A DNA stretch of 59,729 bases, taken from positions 1-59,729 of IMG/VR virus record IMGVR_UViG_3300042485_001429. One strand, written 5' to 3'. The stretch comes from a virus (lineage: Duplodnaviria; Caudoviricetes). The notes beneath the pieces are model-generated. The model was not told the origin of the DNA and did not search any database. It saw nothing but the letters and a program-made list of their open reading frames with translations. The position numbers and the translations under genes were made by a program. The stretch's first letter is position 1, and every line of letters starts with the position of its first letter. This document shows positions 10,549-20,900 of the stretch, piece after piece.

Positions 10549-11973
10549 ATGGCTACTAACAACTACTTCGGATATATACCACCATCAACCACCCTAGACT
10601 GGGCTAAGTTGACTGGTGGTCTTGTTGATACAATAACTGGAATTTCAGATGAACGTAAACAACAAAGAGACGAGCTAGACAAAATAAATATTGACAACCA
10701 GAAAGTAGTTTCAGCTGTTGATAGTTATTCTAACCAGACTCTTAATGAATTTGTTCTATCTACCTCTGTTGATGCCAGGGCGGTAATGAGCGAATGGTAC
10801 AGACAACTTAAAAACAGAGAGATTACAGCTGCCGAATATAAGAACAGGAATAACAATCTAATGACAAACTGGGCGGCACTTGGTACGTCAGCAAAAACAT
10901 TAAATTCAAGAATACAGGAAGCTACAAAAAGGGCATACACACAAGATGAGAATGGTGAATATATAGCAAGTGACGAGGAGCTATTTAAAATAGGCCAGAT
11001 GGCAGAATACGCAGATCTAAAAAATAAAAAATCATTTATAGATCCACAAACAGGCAACCTAATGACTGGTGTACTTGATCCAGAAACAGGACAGGTAGAT
11101 CCAAATAGCCTTGTGACTGGTGTTGCTATGAATAACCCTGAAAATATACAGGTGAATAAACTCAAGGTAGATAAAATTATTTCAGAGTACGTAAGAACTA
11201 TAGGAGATTATTCATTAAAAACTGGACTGACAACTATTAGTGGAAATGCAACAAATCCTCAGGTTGCAAAAGTAAAGGCTAGTATTATTGCTAGTATCAT
11301 GAACAATCCATCAGGTACTGCAAGTGTTCTTGCTGACAATACAACTGATGATGTTCAATTCTATAGTGGCACTAAACAAAGAGATCAGCTGATAACAGAC
11401 ATGATTAAAAAACAAAATGAAACTCGTTTGTATGAGGAAAAACCACCAATGACAGATGAGGAAACACAAAAGTTTGTTAATGAAAATAGTTGGATGATGA
11501 TTCAGATGTCAAGAGATGGAAATGGCGTAATGCGTCCTAATTTAACTCCAGATCAAGAAGAAAAAGCTAGACTAATTATTTTAGGAAAAATAGACGCACA
11601 ACTAGATTATAAGAAAGATGTAGGAACCGCTACAGCTAAAGATCCAGCTAAAAATAATACTAAAGATAATACTAAAGAAAATACTAGAGGTGGACTTACT
11701 GACGCTCAAATAAATGCTAAAAACAAGGGTGCTGAAATAAAACGAATAATGATGTCTGGTAAAAATATAAAACAACAATTAGAAGATGCTTCTGGTGGTG
11801 ATTATTATTTTAAGTGGGAAAATGGTGGATGGAGTGCATATGATGAAGATCCAAACAATCAAGGAGCAAAACCAAAATATAAAGGACTAAAAAAAGCAGC
11901 TGATATGTGGAAAATATTCAGTACTGCATCACAAGAACAATACTACAAGAATGGTACAACACAATTTAATTAA
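10549..11973 (+). CDS. Internal virion/ejection protein (medium)
   Basis: 474 aa, helical, between the small and giant ejection genes. Confidence 0.55.
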   Translation: MATNNYFGYIPPSTTLDWAKLTGGLVDTITGISDERKQQRDELDKINIDNQKVVSAVDSYSNQTLNEFVLSTSVDARAVMSEWYRQLKNREITAAEYKNRNNNLMTNWAALGTSAKTLNSRIQEATKRAYTQDENGEYIASDEELFKIGQMAEYADLKNKKSFIDPQTGNLMTGVLDPETGQVDPNSLVTGVAMNNPENIQVNKLKVDKIISEYVRTIGDYSLKTGLTTISGNATNPQVAKVKASIIASIMNNPSGTASVLADNTTDDVQFYSGTKQRDQLITDMIKKQNETRLYEEKPPMTDEETQKFVNENSWMMIQMSRDGNGVMRPNLTPDQEEKARLIILGKIDAQLDYKKDVGTATAKDPAKNNTKDNTKENTRGGLTDAQINAKNKGAEIKRIMMSGKNIKQQLEDASGGDYYFKWENGGWSAYDEDPNNQGAKPKYKGLKKAADMWKIFSTASQEQYYKNGTTQFN

Positions 11974-11976
11974 AAT

Positions 11977-14900
11977 ATGAACGCTAAATATAAAAACCTA
12001 TACCAAGAATTAGTATCAAGAGATCTAACTAGCCTTGATGAGGATTTGTTTTATAATGAATACTCAACAAATGACCAAAAATTTGGAGAACTATACTCGT
12101 ATTTAGAGTCTGAGGGACTGACTAGTCTAGATCCAGAGACGTTTAAGTCCGAGTATCTTACTGACACTCCCGTTGAAAAAAAAAATCCAGACGTTACGGA
12201 ATTACCCTTGGAGACTGGTTCATCGGAGCGATTTACGGACCAAACGACTGAAGACCCATCAAGGGATGCTTGGAATAGACCAAAAGGTGATAAATGGTTT
12301 GGGTTTAATCCAGATACAAAAAAATATACTGAAGGTCCAAATAAAGGTTTAACTGGTAGTGACGTATTTTCTAATTCAGGGGCTTATATTCTTGAAAGTA
12401 ATCCAGAAGTTTTATATAAAAGAAATGGACAACATTGGCTTAAACAAGTCGGTGGTAAATATGTTCCTCTAACAAAAGGAGACATTCAAGCTAGAGAAAA
12501 AATACTAAACGAGCAAGCTGTTAAGGCAAGTCAGTTTCAGATTGATTGGATTAAAAACAACCCAAAAGAAGTTAAAATAGAGTATCAAGACATACCTGAC
12601 GATAAAATGGAACAGAAGTTTCCAGGCATAACTAAGATAACAAAAGAGGAAACGAAAAGATGGCAGGAAGAGAATAAAAAAAAACCTGTTGACACTAGAA
12701 AACCTACCTCAGAAACAATTGAATTAGCAATTGTAGGGGAAAAAATTTATGATCTTCAAGAAGAGCAATCTAAAAAAGAATTTTACGAAAGTCCTGTAAC
12801 ATCTGAATCATTTACATATTGGCTAGACGCTACTGGAAAGCCAAGACAGGGCTTAGATCCAGTTAAAAGTCAACAAGCATTAGATTTTGCAAAGAGACTT
12901 ATAGGTGAACCTGAGCTGGCACAGCTATCAAAAATAGATAAACTAGGTAAAATAAACCTTAACGTCCCATCTGCTGATAAATTTTTAAACAAAGAATTTT
13001 ATAACTCAAATTTTAGTTTTGAGCAGGATGGTAATGAATTAATAATTAACTCATACCTTCCAGGAGCAAAAAATAATGAAGGAGATATTGAAAATACTAT
13101 ATCAATTGATCTGTCTGGTAAAAATTCAGGGGCTACAATAAAACAATTCTTAAGAGATAATTTATTTTACAAGGTAGATGTAGACAGACTTAATAAGGCT
13201 TCAGAAAATACGGAAAACTATATTGATTTTATACTTTCATCTAGCGATAAGCTAAAAATGACAGACGATAGAAAAAATAAAATTCGTGATTGGCAGCAAC
13301 AAGAATCTGCGGTAATCGAGGCGGATATTCAAAGAAATGACTTAAATAATCTAGATAAGGAAATTAAATTGTATGAAAGTGCAGTATTGTCATTTAATAA
13401 AAAAGTTGCGTCTGGAAAAATGACTCAACAAGAATTTGATAAAGAAAATGATAACATATCAAATCAATACAAAGGCATACTTAAAAAACAAGAAATATCA
13501 TCAGGTCTACTAGAAAGAACAAAAAGACTTGAAGAAGCACAAAATCTACTTGAAATAACCTATCCAATAGAAGCAAAGGGAAGTATTTTAGGATCACAAT
13601 TACGAACTTTTGTGCAAAGTGTTGTTGCAACTCCCTTAAAAACGGGATTAGATATTAGTTTAGCTGCTGGGAACCTTATGATGGGGGATGAAAAATTTGC
13701 CAAATTTATAGATGGAAATTACGATGTTAAAAAATCAAGGGGATTAACTGATGCTGAAATAGCGAATAGTGCACAGGCTAAAGTAAAAGAACTTAATATT
13801 GGATTAACTGATTTAGCTCTTACTCAGGTAACAGGGACTAATAAAGAATACTATCAAGATCCAAATAACAGTAAGATTTTTCAAGCACTAAATGCCGTTG
13901 TAGAAAGTGTTGGTACAGCAGTAAGTGGTGGTGGTTCAAAAGCTTTAACAACAGCTGCATTCTTCTCTTTGTCTTACAATGCGATGGAAGATCAAATGAG
14001 AGGACCAGACTTTGATCACTTAACTGAAAACGAAAAGAAATTAATATCAGTTCCATATGGTCTTGTTATAGGTCAAATGGAAAAATTTGGATTTAAGGTT
14101 GCTGCTGGTGCTGGAAAAAATCCGCTATTTAATAAATTTGCTAACTCTGTCATAACAACAGCATTTAAAGGTTTACCTAAAAACGCTGGATTAGTAGAGT
14201 TAAATTCAGCAATACAAAAAAATATAGGTGCATCAATAGCCAAGGGCTTGATTAAAGTTGTAGGTGGAGGTGTTTCTGAGGGTAGTGTTGAATTTGGACA
14301 ACAAATATTTGAGGGTGTTGAAAAGTTTGCAGTAAACGAAATATTAAAGAACGATAACTTTAACCAGGAGTACTTTAAAGACGGTCAGGACCTAACAAAG
14401 GAAGGTGGATGGAAGACCTTAATAGACCAAGGATGGGATGCATTTAAGCTTGGTTTCTTGGCTGGTGGAATGACCACTGGTGGCAGCATGGTTAAAAATA
14501 ATATTGTAGATATAGGTTCTAATAATAAATTTGATATATATAAAAATCTTGTTTTAAATAAGGAGGCAAGAGAAGGATGGATAGCTAGTATACAAAAAGA
14601 AAAAGAGAATGGAACTATTTCATTTGAAGAAATGAACAAGAAGACGGACGAAATAAACAGATCATACTCTACACTAATAAAAATACCAGCTTCATTAACT
14701 ACACAGTCTCAAAGAGAAGCTTTTTCTTTACTACAAGAAAGAGAAAATATAGAAAACGAAATAAAAGATAAGGAACCTAATCTAGTAGTAAAGGAAACAA
14801 ATAGAATAAAAGAAATAAACGAAGCACTAAAAACAACATCAGAAAATGCCACTAAAGAAGACAACATCCAGCAACAAGAAGGTACAGCAGAAGGCGGTAT

Positions 14901-17900
14901 CAGCGAATATCAGGGAACTGGTGAAGGACAACCAGAAGTCGGGGTCAGCGAAGGGGGACAACGGGAAACCACGGTCAATGAAGCAGATAGTGGCGATAGC
15001 ACTGTCGCAAGCAAAGTACAGCAAGAAGAGCAAGTAGCAGCCTACAGAGCTGAAGAACAGGCTGAACTTATTAAGGCCATACCTAAAATAGAGAGCTACA
15101 AAGTAAATGGTGAGATAGATAAAACTCTCATGCCAAAAACTGTATTGGCTAAGTATAATAGTATATACAACAAGTATGACAACTTAATAAGTCCTCTATT
15201 AGAGCCTACAGCTGAAGTAGTAATCGATAAGCCTGTTATAACAACCAACACAACGGCTGAGGTAGAGAGAGTTAAATCTCTTACACCTGATTCAGAAGAC
15301 GGTGCCACATTCAATATTGACGGAACCAAGTACGAGGGTGTTGGTTTAGTTGTTCCAGTTGATAGCATGAACACTACAACAGAAGAATTGACTCCAGAAA
15401 TGGTAGCCGACTTTGTTGCAGAACGTCAAGAAATGATTGGTGATGCTGGTGTCGTTAAGGCTGGAATATATAAGTTTCCTAATAGCAATCAAGTATCAAT
15501 TGACCTTAGCGTTGTGGTTCCTGAAACATCAAGAGAACAAGCACTTGAGTTTGCAAGACTTGCTGGTCAGGAATCATTATTTGATCTAGCAACATTTGAA
15601 AATATTAAGACTGGAGCAACTGGTGAGAACCCTATGAGCTTTAGTCCAGAGCAGCACAGAGAAATATCTAAGGCGTTAAAGGAAGGAAAAATACCCAATG
15701 TATTTGGCACTACAGCTAAGACAACAAACAACTTACTAACAAAAGAAAACATTAAGGAAGTTGAAACAAAACAAACTACGCCTAAAAATAAGTTGATTGT
15801 GAAAGCCGCTAAAATGGTTTTAAATGCGATCCCTGGAGTTAAGATATACATGCACAACAATGGCCAAGAAATGGCTAGTGCTATTGAGGCATCAAAGAAA
15901 CAATTAACAAAAGAAGAAAAGACTGGGCTTACAGAATCAAGCGGTCTATATGTAGACGGTGATATTCATATTAACCTAGAGTCTGCAACTATTGGTACGG
16001 TGTATCATGAAGCATTTCATGCGTTGATTGAAAAAAACGGAATGAAGTCTGGGTCAATATTATTGATGGCAAAGGGCCTTAAAAATATTATATCTGACAA
16101 AGGTATTAAACAAAGATTAGATGATTTTGTATCTCAATACAATGAAGATGAAAAGGCAGAAGAATACATATCAGAGCTTGGTGGAATACTATCTGAGGCA
16201 GAGCAAGAATTAACTACAACAAAGCTACAGCAATTCAAAACATTGATAAATAATATCGCTAAGAAGCTAGGGTTGCCAGTTATATTTTCTGCATCAGCAA
16301 CTGCACAAGACGCTGCTGACTTTATTAATACCATGTCTAAGAAACTTAGGACTGGGGAAAATATACTTGCAGATGGATTTCAAACAAATATAATTTCTAA
16401 TAAAATAAAATCACAGATACCTGTAAAAGTAAATAAAAATCAAAAATTAACTTTTGTAAAGCAATCAGATATAATAGATATAAAATCTTTAGTTGACGAT
16501 ATTGTATCTAAAAATGAAACAGTATGGTTTTGGGTAGCTGACCAATTAGGTAGAGGAATTTATTTTGATAGTGTAATAGATGGAAATCATTACTTAGATG
16601 CTGGTCCATCATATGCACTTGATCCAGAAAATAGATCAAAAAACATAATATGGGCTAGTGGAGCAAATCCAAAAACTTTAAATAATAATATAGATCGTAG
16701 TGATTATATATTTATTATTAGTGGTTCACCACAGCTATCAAAGTTATTCAATAAAAAAGTATCTGGAATAGTAAGATCTAGAATAGAAGATAAAGTTGAT
16801 TTTAATGAATTTAAAAATAGTATACTAAATTCAAAGCCAACAAAACAAATTTTAAATATAATAAAGAAATATAATTCTTATGATGAATTGTTTAATGGTT
16901 CAGATAGGAAAGCTGTTTTAATTTCTATAAATGAACAAAAATCAAAGAACACTAAATTAAACAAAGTGTTAGAGTCATATGATGCATTTATAGATCTAAA
17001 CGAATTAAGAGATGGATTTTATAAAGAGAATGATTTTAAACTAGGCGATGTAATGCTAGTTTTAAAGCCAGAAAAAATAGGTGATAAATCAAACCATTCT
17101 ACATATGAAACTGATATCATTGGATCTGTAGTAGGTGTTCCAGATCTAGTTATTAATTCTTTTGATTTAATGACAGATGAAGTAAAGAATAAATATAAAA
17201 ATAATTTAGAGCGAGTACAACAACAACAGATAGTTGCTCCATATGGAATGGGTGTAAAAAATATATCCAAAATAAAATTCCGAAAGAATAAGACCGATAA
17301 ACTTACAGCACCAGTAGCTGGTAACAAGCTATTTAACGAGCCATTAAAACAGGCACTTGACATAGCAAAGTCGTACATGAAGTCAATAGGAATGGAATAC
17401 ACACCTGTTGAAAAGATAACAAAGCTAGACGAAGGCCTATCTAAAAGGATATCTGACGCTTACGATAAGATGAAAGATGATCCTACTGATCCTGAAGTAA
17501 AGGCCGCTTATGAGGCAATGGCTAAGGAGACCTTAGATCAGTATGACGCTATAACAGCAAAGGGATATAATCTAGAGATAAACAACAACGAGCCATACTC
17601 TTCTTCTGAGGACATGATAAATGATCTTAGAGACAACAATAGAATGAAGATATTCTCAACAGAGTCTGGATTTGGCGATACGCCAATTACTGAAAAACAA
17701 AGAGAAGAAAATATATTATTAAAAGACTCTGGTAGAAAGGACGCAAATGGAGAGACATTGCTAATAAATGATGTATTTAGATTTGTGCATGACTTCTTTG
17801 GTCACGCTAAACTAGGTAATAGTTTTGGTCCAATAGGAGAAGAAAATGCATGGAGAGTTCACTCTGAGATGTATTCACCAGAAGCTAAAAAAGCTATGAC

Positions 17901-20900
17901 ATCTGAAACAAGAGGTCAAAATAGTTTTGTTAATTTTAGTGGTGTTAATGACGCTGCGTTTAAGAAGAGAGACAAAGCAAGACAACTTCGTAAGGAAGGC
18001 AAGATAGATCAGGCCAACCAGATGGTTGGAGAGGTGTACGATGAGATGAAGTTTGCAGATCAAAAGATTGGTCTGTTGCCTAGCTTTGCAGTAGAAGAAG
18101 GAGCTCCATCTAAGATTAAGTTCCAGAAGACTCAACAAGAAACAAGGATGGACAGTGAGGCTGAAGCTATATTTAAAAAATCATTAGACCGTGGAGTAGC
18201 TTGGAATACCGCTATTCAGAATGTAATAGACTACATACAAATATCAAAGTGGTATGAAGATGCAAGCGACATAGACAGAGAGCAAAAAATAAGAGACTTT
18301 AGACAATCTAAAAAACAGAAACTAAAAAAGGCTCCATCTGTAGCTAAGATAATGGGAACACCTAAGCCAAGCACCGTAACAGTAACAGAAAAGACTGCAC
18401 TTAAAGATCAGATTAGACTTGAGGCAAGAGCTGCTAGGGAGGCTAAGGTTGACCTTAACCAAAAAAGAAAGTTGCTGTCAACTGCAATAAAGGGTCTAGT
18501 AAAACTTGGAAGATTAAATACAAAGCAAGCAGGAATAATAATTGCTAGGGTTGGATATGTAAACCTTGACAACCAAGTTATGGTTGATAGACTTGCAGAA
18601 TATGCTGCTAAGGTATTTGAAAAGGCAGACTATCAAGATACATTGTCTAGAGCTTTTTCATTTAGAAAAGAAATTAGAAAATTACTTAAGGGAGACATAC
18701 AGGCCGAGGTAGTTGGTATGGCCAAGAAGTTTAGCAAGATAGACCCATCAATGGTAGATGATATCGAGAAATACCTAGACATGGCAGAAATTGTTAAGAA
18801 TGCAATTAAGCCGTCTAAAGTAAATAATAAAAAACTTGATGTAAATATGAGAGAGTCAATGAATATTGATTCAGTATCAGAATTTACAAATGATGCAATA
18901 GAAAATCAAGAAAGAATATTAAAAGAAGAACTACTTGCTGTGCACAGTGAATTAGTTGATGCTGGAGTAATAGATGATAAAATGTCGTTAAGCGAAATAG
19001 AATTAATTATAAACTCACTAAAAGAAAAAGAAGAAGACGCTAATTATAAGGCAGACATACTAACATTTTTATCAAAGAGAATAGACACAATGTCTGCAAT
19101 AATAAAAGACATTCTTACATATAAGATTAATCCAATGACTGGTGAAGAGGTAGATCTAACTGAGAAAAATATTGACCTTATCTCTAGGATGCTTAACATT
19201 GATATAAATAACGTGTCTATTAAAGAGGCAATATTTATTGCTGAGGCAATGGATAACTTTATAAACAATAACATAACAAGCTCTGTTGAGGCGGTAATAG
19301 AAAAACATGAGGGTGTAACTGAGTTAGAAAACTTAATAGCTGACAAGGTTGTCGCTAGTCCACTTAGAAAATACTTTAGTACTTATGCAGGACAACTTTT
19401 CTCTGAACAAGTTGCATCAATGCCAATACTATTTGAAAAACTATTTGTAGGTGCAAAGAAAGGACTTATGATAGCTAAAAAAATGGGTTGGACTGCATTA
19501 ATAAATGGAGTAAACAAAGCAGAAAAAATATTTAATACTACTGTTGATGTATACTTTAAGCAATATTCAAAAACAAAGCCAAATGGTAAAAGTTTCAACG
19601 ATGCTGAAAATGTTTATGAAAGAGGTATGCTTGCATTCTTAAGTAGAAATGTATCAGGAACTGTAACACAACAATCAGAAGAGCTTAAAAGAAGAGTAGA
19701 GGTACTAAAAGAAAGCGTTAAAAGTCTATTAGAAGGATCCAGTAAGGAGCAAAAAATGGGTGAACTATACCAAAAGGTATACGACAAGCTTAACATAGAG
19801 TCTGGAGATATTGATGTTATACGTGCTAACGTAGATAAAATTAATAGATCTGCTGTTGGTTGGTGGATAAATCAGTGGGGAACTACATATAATGACCTGT
19901 CAGACATAAGTCTTTCTGTTTATAATACAGTGCTTAGTAGTGATACTTCATACACCACAGACAGATATAAATTATTAGCTAAATCGACTTCAAAAGAAAT
20001 AATTGATCCTAAAACTGGGTCATTTGGTAGAGATATAGAAATTCTAGACATGAATAAGGCAGGAGTTATAATGCCGTCTACGAGACCATCTGCATCAGCA
20101 GTATCAAATGCAAGTAGATATATTAGCCTAGATTTTGATGTTAACAATACATCTGCATACAAAGGAGCACTTATTGATATAAATACAGCTGCTGCAATAA
20201 GAAAAATAGATGGTTTTATAAACTCAAAAAAATTAGCTAAATTAATTCCAATAGAAGAGGACAGAGAGATATTTACAGGAAGAATAAGAGACTACATACA
20301 GGCCGCTAAAAACAAGATGCCTGTACAATCTGACAAAATGAGGTTACTCGATCAGCTCACTAATTTCCTTGGTGGAATTGGTGTAGCTAAAGCATTAGGT
20401 GGTATTGATCAAGTTGTAAAACAAACACTTCCAATTGCATTAAGTACAATTGTAAACTCTGGAAGATTTGATCTTGTTATGCCAGGATCAAGTGCAAGTG
20501 TATGGATCGATTCATTAGGGATGGCAATATCCAACCGTGGTCAAGAATCACAATCAACAATTGAATCAGTTGACAGAAGGTTAGAAAAAGCAGCTGGACT
20601 TATTGATAAATCAGCAAATGCTTTTGTAGACATACAGCAGTTTTGGTTAAAGTATTTTTTATCTAAGCCAGATGTATTCATCGCTAAGTCTTCATTTATT
20701 TCTTACTACAAGCAGTACCTATCAAATAACAATCAAAGTACAGATATTGATTGGGCTACACATAATGTCAATCAAGATGCGGCAGACTACGCAATGACAA
20801 TGGTAGACAGACAGCAAAATATATCTGATACTAAAATGGCTGGTAAAATATTCAGCTCTCAAAATTCTACAACAAAGATCATGAGAAAAATATTCTTACC

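Noticed and set aside
10725-20162. Many minus-strand ORFs opposite the ejection genes
   Set aside because: Antisense shadows with F/S/L/I-biased composition and no supporting signals
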